DNA from: Tubulanus polymorphus
Lineage: Eukaryota; Animalia; Nemertea
Length of the DNA stretch: 64,000 nucleotides
Direction: 5' to 3'
Assembly (NCBI RefSeq): GCF_964204645.1
Contig: NC_134028.1
Coordinates: 4,960,001-5,024,000 of the forward strand
Part shown: piece by piece, positions 52,398-64,000 of the stretch
How positions within the stretch are numbered: the first letter of the stretch is position 1
How the letters are laid out: every line of letters begins with the position of its first letter
Translations under genes and position numbers: made by a program
The notes under the pieces: model-generated
Database searches by the model: none
Told to the model about the DNA's origin: nothing
What the model saw: the letters and a program-made list of their open reading frames with translations, nothing else

Positions 52398-53641
52398 TTA
52401 CGATTAATTCTGAATGAAGTATTAACAGGATATCTTTGTTGACTATTTCAGCTTTATCCTATCTATATGAACCGGCTGCGCTTGAGATCAACAACTCACT
52501 TGAAATCTGCCGATTAGAAGACAGCGCACAGAAGAGGCATTTAATTACCAAAATCTATGCACCCGTCCACATTGCTGATCTGATATATATCCGGCCTGTC
52601 ATTAATCTTAAACAGTGATGAACTAATGCTACTACTACAACAAATAATTAGGCAGTTGGGGTTCGAAACTAATGTCCTACCACACCGAGTATCCAAGCCA
52701 ATACCGAACCTAGAAATCGTTAAAGGTAAGTTGATATAAATGAAATTATTACGATTAATTCTGAATGAAATATTTGTATTTACAGGATATCTTTGTTTAC
52801 TTGTTTCAGCTGAATAATATCTATATGAAACTGCCGCGCTTGAGGTCAACAACTCGTTTAAAATCTGCCGATTAGAGAACAGACTAAGACAATCCTAGCC
52901 GACACCAAACCCAGTTATCACAAATCACATCTATAAGAAAAAGCCCATACTAAGATCAACTAACCATCTAGAATCTACTGATTAGAACAGACCACAGAAG
53001 AATGCACCTTGAATTTTACTAATCAACCAACTTAGAACTGCTAGCCAACACTAAACCAAGTTATCTTGAAAGGTAAATTGATTTTATTATCATTAATGCT
53101 ATATGAAAAATTGTGTATATTGTAAGATATTGTCTAATTACAGGATATCTTCTTTTATTCATTTCAGCTAAATTACATCTATAAGAAAATGCTCAGCCTA
53201 ACATTATCTAGTCAAAAATGTACTGATTCGAATAGCCAACAGAATATTCCAACTTGAATTGAAATCATCAACTACCACAGAACGAATTTAACTCAAGAAC
53301 CGACTTAGACGATCCTAGCCGATACTTAACGCAGCAATCTTGAAAGGTAAGTTGATTCACATGGAATCTATTATCATTAATGCTATATGAAATATTGTCT
53401 GAATACAGGATATCTCCTTTTGTGCATTTCAGCTAAATCACATCTATAAGAAAAAGCCCATACTAAGATCAACTAACCATCTAGAATCTACTGATTAGAA
53501 CAGACCACAGAAGAATGCACCTTGAATTTTACTAATCAACCAACTTAGAACTGCTAGCCAACACTAAACCAAGTTATCTTGAAAGGTAAATTGATTTTAT
53601 TATCATTAATGCTATATGAAAAATTGTGTATATTGTAAGAT

Positions 53642-54358
53642 CAGAGATGAAAATTCCCTGCGGATCCGCGGTTTCCCGCGGATTTCAGTATTGAAAAATA
53701 TCAATTTTCCAAATAGTCCAAAAATGATGTAAAAGTATGGGGGGGGGGGGGTGATGATCTCACTCAATTGGTCCGGCGCGATCGGTAATCAGGTGAAGTG
53801 TAAAAGCGTTCAGTGCCTGTTTTACTTATCGTCACGTAAAAGTATTGCATTTCAATGCATATTCATTGCAACACAGTGATTTTGTATGTACATTTGTACT
53901 ACGATGAGTTTGTATGTATTTTATCGATCGGTTGCAGACACGCACGCACAGCAACAGTAGTAACGTATATAGGTCTACTTACTGTTGCTGCGTGTGTGTG
54001 GCGAACGCTTTCGGATATTATACACTACTTGGTGATGATTTTTAGTGAGCATTCATCGGCGCATTTTTACTGCAATAATTCAGGGCTCGACCCGTAATGC
54101 ATGAGATGCTGAATGTCATCAAATGAGGATGTACCACATTGGAACTAGCCATTACCTTCCAAAATATAATAGTCGTTCATGGGTTCGAGATCGCTCTAAG
54201 TGCTCGGAAAACGTATTTAATTTCTAAAATTTTCTTGGGGGAGGGCCCCCAAACCCCCCCTAAATAGCTTCGCGCCTTCGGCGCTCGCTGGTGCTGGTTC
54301 GCATATGTCACTCAAGAAATTAACCCGCGGATTTTACAGGTCGGCGTTCTCATCCCTG
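53642..54358. mobile_element. Non-autonomous DNA transposon with CAG termini and 5-bp TSD (hAT5-like)
   Basis: TIR CAGAGATGAAAA / TTCTCATCCCTG; AAGAT duplicated on both sides relative to the empty sister introns (GTAAGATATTGTC); subterminal CCGCGGA repeats. Confidence 0.8.
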
Positions 54359-57300
54359 AAGATATTGTCTAATTACAGGATATCTTCTTTTATTCATTTC
54401 AGCTAAATTACATCTATAAGAAAATGCTCAGCCTAACATTATCTAGTCAAAAATGTACTGATTCGAATAGCCAACAGAATATTCCAACTTGAATTGAAAT
54501 CATCAACTACCACAGAACAAATTTAACTCAAGAACCGACTTAGACGATCCTAGCCGATACTTAACGCAGCAATCTTGAAAGGTAAGTTGATTCACATGGA
54601 ATCTATTATCATTAATGCTATATGAAATATTGTCTGAATACAGGATATCTCCTTTTGTGCATTTCAGCTAAATCACATCTATAAGAAAAAGCCCATACTA
54701 AGATCAACTAACCATCTAGAATCTACACATTAGAACAGACAACAGAAGAATGGCACCTTGAATTTTACTAACTTAGAACTCCTAGCCGACACGAAACCCA
54801 GTTATCTTGAAAGGTAAATTGATTTACTTGGAAATTATTATGATTAAAGCTATATGAAGAATTGTGTATATTGTAAGATATTGTCTAATTACAGGACATC
54901 TTCTTTTATTCATTTCAGCTAAATCACATCTATAAGAAAATGCCTAAGATTTAACTAGTCAAAAATCTACTGATTCGAATTGGCCAACAGAATATTCCAA
55001 CTTGAATTGAAATCATCAACTACCACAGAACGAATTTAACTCATGAACCGACTTGAAAGGTAAGTTGATTCACATGGAATCCATTTTCATTAATGCTATA
55101 TGAAATATTGTGTGATTACAGGATATCTCCTTTTGTGGATTTCAGCTACATCACATCTATAAGAAAAAGTCCATACTAAGATCAACTAACCATCTCGAAT
55201 CTACTGATTACAACAGACAACAGAAGAATGCACCTTGAATTTTACTAATCAACTAACTTAGAACTCCTAGCCAACACTAAATCCAGTTATCTTGAAAGGT
55301 AAGTTGATTTACATGGAATTTATTATGATTAATGCTATATGAAAAATTGTGTATATTGTAAGATATTGTATAATTACAGGATATCTTCTTTTATTAATTT
55401 CAGCTAAATCACATCTATAAGAAGAAGCTCAGCCTGAGATCAACTCGTCTTCTAGAATCTACTTATTAAAACTGCCAACAGAAGATTCTAACTTGAATTG
55501 AAATCATCACCTACCACAGAAGAGTCCAACTGCGTAGGCCTAGAAGTCCAGATGAGAAATTCAGCCAGCAGCGGTTTATCGCCCAATGACAGATTTCTTC
55601 TACAGGTGGAGCAGAGACAATGCGTGTGTTGTATAAAAACAATTAATCAGGACCAGCAGAGACAATGTATATATATTGTGAACATTTATTCAGGAGCAGC
55701 ACAGACAATGCGTACCTTATAAACACTTGTTCAGGAGCAGCAACGTCAGTAGAATATGTAAAGTATTGATTTATTTTGTGTATTACCTTTTTACAAACCA
55801 GTCTGATGTGTAACATGGGTTTCAAAATGCGTCTTAAAATGCACTGTCTATTTGAAGAGGCGGAAATAAAGAAATAGTTTTAATGTTGATTAATGAAAAT
55901 TGAAGTTAGATAAGTAGGGCTCTGGGCCTGAGAAGGAACTATTCATATTTGAATATTTCAATTAAATGGCATCCTAATTCTTTCATATTGATTAGGCAAA
56001 CTGTTTTCGATTTGTAAACAGATGTGTCATGTCCTTTGTAATGCGACAGAAAGTTTCTTCTTGGAGTCTCATGAAATCTACGCTCCATTAATTCATGGTA
56101 TTGATCGCATTCAGCGTCACGGTTGAAATACACCTAAACTGAGACATGATATCAACAGGATAGCTCAGATAATCTTCATACTTAGTTAAACATAGCTTTG
56201 CATGATTTGTAATAATGACATAGTTTGGTCTCTTAGAAACAGTGATTCATTTTATATTGAGTGAAAATGATTTGCATAGCCTGAATGTTCAAAAGGGAGA
56301 GGGTAGTCAGTTAAACGGTTGAAACTTTTAAACGCAATAAAGGAAGTTGATACCTGATTAGTTAAACTCGTCCAGCAAGTTTATGGGCTTTGAATAAAGA
56401 TGTTTTGAAAATGATTCCTTGGCCAAAAAGTGGGCCTTCAGTATAGACTGGCTACGCCCTTGAATATCATCACGTAGTTAAGAAAAATATAGACTATAAT
56501 GTTTGGCAGTATTCTGTGTACAAATACTAAGTTTATATACCAAAGTGTTGTATTTGTTGATGCCATAATTCTTTTCCAATGCCCATAAAAGCAATTTGAC
56601 TAATGAGTAGAATATCTTGATTTTCACAGAGTTTTAGCATTGAGCTTCCATGTAGATGATCATAGCTAGGTATATGAAAACTTGTATCTTAGTACATTGT
56701 ATCCACAGAGGTATAAGAGAGGTATAGCTAGGAATAATGTGATATAAAGGAATAAATGATAATGGCCAGCAATAATTTTGATCGTTTTAATTCTGTTTAT
56801 AGCTGTTTTAACTTCTTTCATCATCATCCATATCATAAGGTTAAGTTGCTTTCAATGATCGCTTAACTCCAAATAGGGGTTTCTAATGATAAACGATTAT
56901 TTAGGAGCAGCAGTGAATTTGTAGCACTTTTTTAAAGTGAGCCCATATTTCCACCGGTAAGAAATTCCTGATGATGTAAATAGTAAAAAATAGTACAAAA
57001 TACAAAATACATAGAACAAATTAAAGAAGTAAATAAATAAAAAAACAATGAATAAAAAATACATAACAAAATAAATATTTAAAAAAAAACAAAATAAAAT
57101 CATAAGTAATAAAAAAAATAAACAAAAACGAACAAACAATTAGTTAACTTCTATAATTATAATCATCATCAGGAATTTTTTTTAATTAACTTAATCTAAT
57201 CATTAAAGGTTCTTCTTCACATGGAACAACCTTCTCTAGAGTTTCCCAACCTCTTATGATCATTTCTGTTGTTGTTTTAAGCATTCTATCGGACGGTTAG

Positions 57301-59196
57301 TAATAAACAAAACAAATAACCATAAACCTTAACTAAACCAAACACACTGAAAAAATAACTGATTTGATAGAATGCTTCAAATAACTGATGAAAGATCACC
57401 CGCCCTTTTACCTATAGCACACCCTGTCACTGCTGTTACTGCTGATTGTTTTAGGCATAATATCTGGGAGATTTTACATTTTACTCTTTTTTAGAAAGAA
57501 TGTTAAACAGCTTTAAACATGATTAGTTATCGATAGTAAAATTATTGTCATGTTCTCAAATAACTTTGTATTAAATGAGCGAACTGATAATGTTTGAAAA
57601 TCATAAGTTAAGACGAGGGGCAGCGGAAGCGGGACTTTGTAGGTTTTGTCTCTTGTTTAAATGCTTTTATGTCGAACTGTCGAACTATTAAAATACAGTA
57701 CATTTGTTAACAAGGAACTTACATGATAATTCCTCGAGTACGTAAATACCTGTCATTTAGCAACGTTTTGTCGTGAGAATAAAACGACACATACGTGTTC
57801 ATTATTCATCTTAGAATTTTTCGACTTTAGTTAGGTTTATAGCAACTATCAAACTGAGGTCCTATTGAATATAGAGGGGCATTCTTTTCTATAAATGAGG
57901 AAATATGAACAGTGTTGATTAGTAAATTGTCCTAGCTATGTTTTGATAGCTATATTGTCAGTTTTACAATATATGGGGCCTGATTCAAATCTGCGCATGA
58001 TGCATTTCCGATCTCGAAAAAGTTATCGAATTCAGCTTAATTGTAGATATCTCAGTGATCTGTTATTTGTAATTTACCTAGATATATGGATAGATGAAAT
58101 ATCTATACGATGATACTCAATATATCTTAATTAAAAACACCTTCAAAATACTTTGCATTAAACATAACAATGTTGAGAAAATAACATTGATAATGTTTGA
58201 AAACCTCAGGCAAGGTTGGCAAAACTCTAGCTATCTTACTTAAAACTCTAGTTATCTTGTAACATAATGTTTATGGACATGAAAAAATTAAGATTGATTA
58301 GTTAATCTCAAGCTTTCCAGTTTGAATCTGTAGGTATTATTAGTTTTAATGCTTTTATGTTGAACTGTTTTTCGAATACAGTAACTGTATGAACTGTAAA
58401 AATTCACTCATGTGTTAACGAGTAACTTACAATTCCTAAAATACAAAGAAAAGTTTGCGAAATTTCGGTTTTCTTTTAAGAATAATGTTTAATGAAATAA
58501 AATGAGAGATTCATTATTTGAGAGAGCGAATTTGTGGATTTATGGAGTTTTAATGTTTATATGTTGGAGATATGTTATGTAGTTCTTTGATGATTGATGA
58601 TGCATAAACAGAGTATCCTAAATTTCTCTTACATATGGTAAAATGCTTCATATTTCATGAAATAGCCAAATGTCACTTATGCCTGGTGACTACATGAATT
58701 GTCAAATTAATAGTCTTAGACATTCAGACTGGTCCCAATTGTCGGTGTTTTATGGATCAAAGTTTACAATTCTTTGTGTTATTTTATAATTATCCTATTG
58801 ATTCAAATTTTCTGAATCAGTTGTAGTCGAAATGTTTTTGGTGAATAAAAACCTTGAAAAACCTTGCAGTAGCAATTGTGATGTTAAAGGCTAGTGCGGT
58901 AATCTTATTTTTTGGATAGCTCATTATAAGGCTAAAAATTATACCTTGTTTTTCCTGATCAGCCAGCTGTCATTTTGTAAATAACAATGATACTTGTAAT
59001 CAGTTAATCTCTATAACTGCCGAATCTGTTATGGTTAGCTTGATCATGATTTTAAAGTAATACCTATAAGGTAGATAGGCGTCTGGCCGGGTCAACTTTC
59101 AAGAGTAAAAATGTAAAAATCAGATTGATTCAACATTAAATCTTACGCTTTCCAGGGTAATTGGCCAGGTTTACCTCTGGTTTTAGTGCGGGGAGC

Positions 59197-59316
59197 CATG
59201 GACTCTTACAGTTTAGCGCCCATGGTTGTGGCCCATAGACATTTCCGTTTTAGAGTCTATGGTTGGACCATGGTTGTATAAACTCTAGTTTATAGTTTAT
59301 ACGTCCATGGTTGGAC
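59197..59316. mobile_element. Three stacked ultra-short CATRG-ended palindromic elements (P-like MITEs)
   Basis: 59197-59224, 59234-59261 and 59269-59309; the last is flanked by a 7-bp GTTGGAC duplication. Confidence 0.5.
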
Positions 59317-59450
59317 TGTTTTTGAAATACAGTCCACGTGTTTGAGGAACTTACGTTAAAATTCCTCGAGCACATACCTGGCATTTTGTATAATTGTTGT
59401 ATGATAATAAATATGTTTGTTTGAAATTCTTTATTTTATTTGTTTAGTGA

Positions 59451-59684
59451 GGGAGCGTTCACAAATTACGTACCTCAAAATCTCCCGTTTTTCTGACGAT
59501 AATACACCAACGGCTATTTTCATTTGAGTTTGGTACATAAAGTACGTACCAAGATTGATTAATACCCCCTCCCTCAAAGTACGTACCTTTTTGCTGACCA
59601 CTCAACTTCCCCCATGTACTACTTTGTACCAAAATTCAGTAACCCCCCTCCCCCAATGGAGGTACGTAATTTATGAACGCTCCC
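59451..59684. mobile_element. MITE, PIF/Harbinger-like
   Basis: TIR GGGAGCGTTCACAAATTACGTACCTC / GAGGTACGTAATTTATGAACGCTCCC with TGA/TTA flanks. Confidence 0.75.
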
Positions 59685-59955
59685 TTAGCTATTCTGAACT
59701 TTTTTAGTTGACCAGTCAGTGGTTTTTTTGCAATCCACCTCTTTTTTCAACCCAATATTTCCACCAGCATTGTCCGGAGACGAGGATGTGCGGAAAACAT
59801 GATGATGCGATTATATCAATGGCAATACAGCTTAAACCGGACACACTGACACTTGTTGACCGGTTAGAAGCAAGTATTTAGCTGCCGAAGAGTATTGTGA
59901 AATCAGCAATCTTTTTGATTGTCACTATAGCCATCCGTTGACCAAACAGGCTTTA

Positions 59956-60225
59956 AAATACTTTGAAAAAAAACAGATACTATCATTTTAAGACTGAAAA
60001 CAAGAAACGAAATTCTTAATATGGACTCCTGGATTTACATGATGATGTACTGTTTAATCCAGTATCAAAATTAAAAAAAGAAATTTGGGTTTTTTCAAAT
60101 TATGAGTGGTAAGCGTAATGAAGTTGTTGGCAGAATTTCCAGAGGATCCACGCTGGTGCAAGTAATCTAAAAAGCCTAATATGTCTCCTCAATTGAATAA
60201 GAATTTTTATGAATTAAAATCTGTC
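59956..60225 (+). repeat. ~270-bp dispersed repeat, copy 2
   Basis: Matches 45501-45769 with a few small indels. Confidence 0.85.
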
Positions 60226-60863
60226 GGGGTTTTATTATTCGATCATGCATTCAATCCACTCGCGTCGGATCTGGGACCGCAAAGACGTGGGACTCTGGAA
60301 TTCGATATCGTTGAGCTGGGTACAGAGGCGCGTATTCAGCCCGGCAGTGGAACATTTGATAAACTCATATGGACGTATAAAATACTTTTTACGTCCATGA
60401 TAGTCTAGTACCTAGCCGTCGTTCCACAAACAAAAAACGGTTGTAGGGAATCTGAAACGAATATACGTAAACTGTGTTTTCGTCCAATTCTACGATCAGC
60501 AGAAAGGTGTCCTTTCGTCCTAGTCGACCAGTTGATACCGTGCGTATGTTTCAGAGAGACTATTAAAGAGGTGTGCTCTACTATCGGAAGCGATCCTTTA
60601 TCGAACGTCTCTTAAAATTCGAATCCAGACGAGGAGAATACTAACTAGTATATTTTCGATGACCTGTCGTGAATATTATTTATTGATGTATGTCAAAGCT
60701 CGCTACTCACAGGTCGGCCTTTTCGTTATAGTATCCGGAGCTCACGACTCGCAGGTTGATGACCCTGTTCTGATCTGATCTGAACTGAACTGAACTGGAC
60801 TGGACTTTCTGAACTATCTCAAAAATGTTGATTAGGTATTTATAAGTGATGACTAGAGTTGAC

Positions 60864-60920
60864 ACCTAACCCTAACCCTTCACCTTACCCTAAACCCTCT
60901 AGACCCTAACCCTAACCCTC
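60864..60920. repeat. Short degenerate (CCCTAA)n tract
   Basis: CCTAACCCTAACCCT...CCCTAACCCTAACCCT; preceded by a CTGAW pentamer run at 60769-60806. Confidence 0.6.
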
Positions 60921-61051
60921 TTGACCCGCTGGACCTTGCCCTCTAGACCCTTAAAATGCCGTTATATTGTTTTGTATATTAGCTATGTACTGTACCAAAC
61001 ACTGAGAAATTCTCTATCAACATGGTACATTTTGCCTTATGTGTGGGATTT

Positions 61052-61584
61052 CTATGGTGGCTGATTCGGGCCATGTAATAAAAATATCACAAACGTTACA
61101 AATTTTTTTTTGCAGACGCTAAAAAGTCGTTTTATCGCGCAATAAAACTAAAATTACCACGTTAAAACGAGAAATTACCGCGATAAAACAAGAAAAAGTC
61201 GTTTTATTGCGCAATAAAATGAGAAAAAGTCGTTTTATCGTGGCAATAAAACGAAAAAGTTCGTTTTATCGCGCGATAAAACGACTTTTTCTCGTTTTAT
61301 CACGCAATGAAACGGCTTTTTCTCGTTTTAACGCGGTAATTTTCGTTTTATTGCGCTATTTTTCGTTTTAACGTGGCAATAAAACGAAAAAGTTCGTTTT
61401 ATCTCGCGATAAAACGACTTTTTCTCATTTTATTGCGCAATAAAACGACTTTTTCTTGTTTTATCGCGGTAATTGTTCGTTTTAACGTGGTAATTTTCGT
61501 TTTATTGCGCGATAAAACGACTTTTAGGTGTCTGTAAAAAAAAATGTGATTTTTTTTTTACATGGCCCGAATCAGCCACCATAG
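61052..61584. mobile_element. Foldback/MITE with long inverted arms made of internal ~20-30-bp repeats
   Basis: Perfect termini CTATGGTGGCTGATTCGGGCCATGTAA / TTACATGGCCCGAATCAGCCACCATAG, ATTT on both flanks, internal TAAAACGA/TCGTTTTA repeats in both orientations. Confidence 0.85.
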
Positions 61585-62313
61585 ATTTCTCTATCACACC
61601 TTGAAGCTCCAAGGTCACACTGAATTGGATATGATTCGGCGTATTCGAGTCATACAGAAAAAGGATGTATTTAAGCCCATACTGAGCCGGAGTAAACCGT
61701 CTATTACATCCGAAAGTCGGAGCTAGTCATAGTAAAAATGACTCTGGCATGGTAGGATCGGAGCTGGCCAATTCTAACTCTGGCATTCGAGTCGAAGATG
61801 GCATAAAATAGCATGTATGGGTCGAACCTATAATCAGGTTCGACTCTCAGCCTATTAACGAATTACGGCCTATTCGAAACCATCCTGCCATTGTATTGAA
61901 TTTGTCTATATTGTTCCCCACTTGCCACACAAAATTAAGTTTTTGATCCTTAAATCCCGATCAAGGTATCTATTGTCAGAGTAGATTTAACAGCGATTTC
62001 TTCAGTAATAAGATCAAGGTATAAAGAAACAGAAGAGAGAGGTAATAATGTACTACCTCCTTTTAGTAGGCCCTTGAACAACAACAGTTTTTATTAAAAA
62101 TCAATTCTATTCCTGGCTTTGCCTTTGGCCTTTGTAAATGTAATTAGTACTTAAAAGTTAGGCCTATCAATATCAACCATTCATCATCATCATCATCGTC
62201 AATTGACGGATCCATGGAAGGCGTTAGGCTACAGCCTATTTTTATCTGCGTCGATGTCCCACGCCACATTCAAGTTCATGTATTGATTGTTGGTTTTGTT
62301 TACAGATTGAATA

Positions 62314-64000
62314 ATGAGTGACCGTCTGAAGGAATTGCGTGAAAGATCCCAAAAACGTCGACAGTTATTGGCATTACAGGTAGCGGTATAAGTATACTAC
62401 GTTGAGTTTGTCAGGGTTCGAACGCCAAGGGGCTTGGATCAGCATAGTAGGTAGGCTAGTGCAAAAACGATAATCTGTTAATCCACAGTGTCCATAATTT
62501 ATATAAAATAACAACATGTATTATAATAGACTATTATTATATACATATTGTTATATCTCTACAACTGTTATAGTTGTTATTAGATAAATTATAGACACTG
62601 GATTAACTGATTATCGTTTTTACATTAATCTACAACTCTGATACGAGCCCCTGTTCAGACAGACATAAGCACCGTATTCTTTAATAATACTAGCGCCACA
62701 CACTGGAAAGGTGTCCTAGGCCTAAACTGCAGCAGTTAGAATGCTAACATAAAGTATGAAACTATTCTAATCCTTTGTTTCCCTGATTGTATTTTTCGAT
62801 AAAAGCATGGGGTTGCTGATGCAAATGAATTGCGTGAAGTTTTATCCAGTAAAATCGACAAACAAGAGGAGAAAACTGTGTCCAAGCAAGACTCGGAAGC
62901 TTCTACGTAAGTCCGGCCTATTATCGTAACAAGTTGATTATTAATGTTTTAAAACGTTAGTGATATCCCCCTTTATATTCGAAAAGGGTTCCACCTTAGC
63001 TTAGGCCAAAATGAGTTAAATATTTTCTCGTCTGTAGCAGTGAGAGTCCACCGGCGAAGAAAAAAAGTTTAGATGATTCTGTATTTGATACCAGTACCGG
63101 TCGTAAACTAGAAATACCAACTGAGGAACCCGAAGAGGTAAGAGAATGATGTTAGAGTATCTCGGACATCGATCACTGTCGTGTATGAAGTTGAAACTTA
63201 GGTTTTTATTGTCGTCAATTTTAGGAAATAGAAGAAAGCGAAGTCTACACTGATTCTAGTGCATTTCTGAAGGTGAAATTTGGAAAGATTATTCTATTTA
63301 CTGCTTGAGTTTTTCAATTCAGATAGGATTAAATCATTTTGCTGCACATATCTCTGCAAGAGAATCAATTATTAAGCTGGCTCCTTAGAAATTGATAAAC
63401 AACAAGATAGAGTTGATGCAATCCTTCCGACTGGTGGAAATCCTACCATATATTGTACTATGATTTATTGAAATGTTATAATCTTCTATGATCATCTTAT
63501 ATCTGAATTACTTTTCTTCACAGGGAACACAGAGTGCAAACCCGCACAACGACTATTGTCAGAACTTTGTTGACACAGGAGAACGTCCGCAGAATTTTAT
63601 TCGTGATGTTGGTGAGTACCGTATATGATATAAATCAACAGTTTTGAAATATAATACTTGATTTTAGTGCATTTTGCTGGACTTCGGTTATTTTTGATAG
63701 GTTTGGCGAACAGATTTGAAGAGTATCCGAAACTTCGTGAATTGATCAGATTAAAAGATGAACTTATACAGACTACAGCCACGCCTCCGATGTATGTTAC
63801 CTGAATACCATCTTTTGTTCATCGTTCAAATAATTTACCAATCAGTAATGATAAAAAAACGTTAAATTCATGATTAATCCTTGTGTCGTATCCTATTTTT
63901 CGCTCGTCACTTTTTCAGGTATTTGAAATGTGATTTGGAAACCTACGATATGCGAGATTTGGATAGCAAATTCGATGTGATATATATCGAACCACCGTTG
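62314..64000 (+). CDS. METTL14: m6A methyltransferase non-catalytic subunit METTL14, first 7 coding exons; continues beyond window
   Basis: Exons 62314-62379, 62806-62906, 63038-63137, 63225-63272, 63524-63611, 63701-63791, 63919-64000+: [99 protein letters not shown]. Confidence 0.97.
62427..62653. mobile_element. Palindromic MITE in METTL14 intron
   Basis: Inverted arms AAAAACGATAATCTGTTAATCC..GTGTCCATAATTTAT / ATAAATTATAGACACTGGATTAACTGATTATCGTTTTT with outer AGGGGCT / AGCCCCT ends. Confidence 0.65.

Larger units (their letters stand above)
50746..55520 (+). repeat. Tandem array of ~14 exon+intron cassettes (~240-270 bp period); lncRNA or decayed repeat-exon gene
   Basis: Each unit: ...TACAGGATATCT-pyrimidines-CAG|CTAAAT...GAAAG|GTAAG. 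Exons include 50881-51022, 51097-51249, 51684-51846, 53168-53346, 53433-53585, 54403-54581, 54668-54813, 54919-55059, 55146-55298. Confidence 0.85.

Noticed and set aside
50746-55520. Array introns as C/D snoRNA hosts or mirtrons; array as CRISPR; stops as a variant genetic code
   Set aside because: ATGATGA is in only one intron, there is no consistent hairpin, no unique spacers or cas genes, exon lengths break frame, and all neighbouring genes use the standard code.
56897-57139. Hydrophobic 80-aa minus-strand ORF
   Set aside because: Translation of an A-rich low-complexity tract.
60864-60920. Telomere or chromosome-fusion scar
   Set aside because: Short, degenerate and in one orientation; such tracts are common inside transposon remnants.

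Overview
AT-rich, intron-dense eukaryotic DNA from an invertebrate animal (probably a spiralian; this is inference). Exon structures were read by hand from GT-AG sites and homology to known proteins. Genes in order: 3' part of ATPAF2 (+), MFSD13A/TMEM180 (+), MAP2K4 (-) head-to-head with KIF19 (+), a 75-aa metallothionein (-, missed by the ORF track), DNAI2 (+) and the 5' part of METTL14 (+). A 5'-truncated Penelope-like retroelement (RT + GIY-YIG, inverted 471-bp pseudo-LTRs, 36-bp tail, 13-bp TSD, two minimal hammerhead ribozymes) lies between KIF19 and the metallothionein. The stretch 45-62 kb has no recognisable protein gene but holds the most unusual structure. First is a ~620-nt hairpin whose mismatches are mostly G-U on the + strand and whose loop is two copies of a branched RNA module. 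Downstream is a ~14-unit tandem array of non-coding exon/intron cassettes with retained splice sites, into whose introns a Helitron and a hAT-like element inserted. Other notable points: a Cys/His-rich uORF in frame with KIF19, duplicated exons plus a 9-nt microexon in DNAI2, RFX X-boxes around both ciliary genes, and linkage of four genes whose human orthologues are on chromosome 17.
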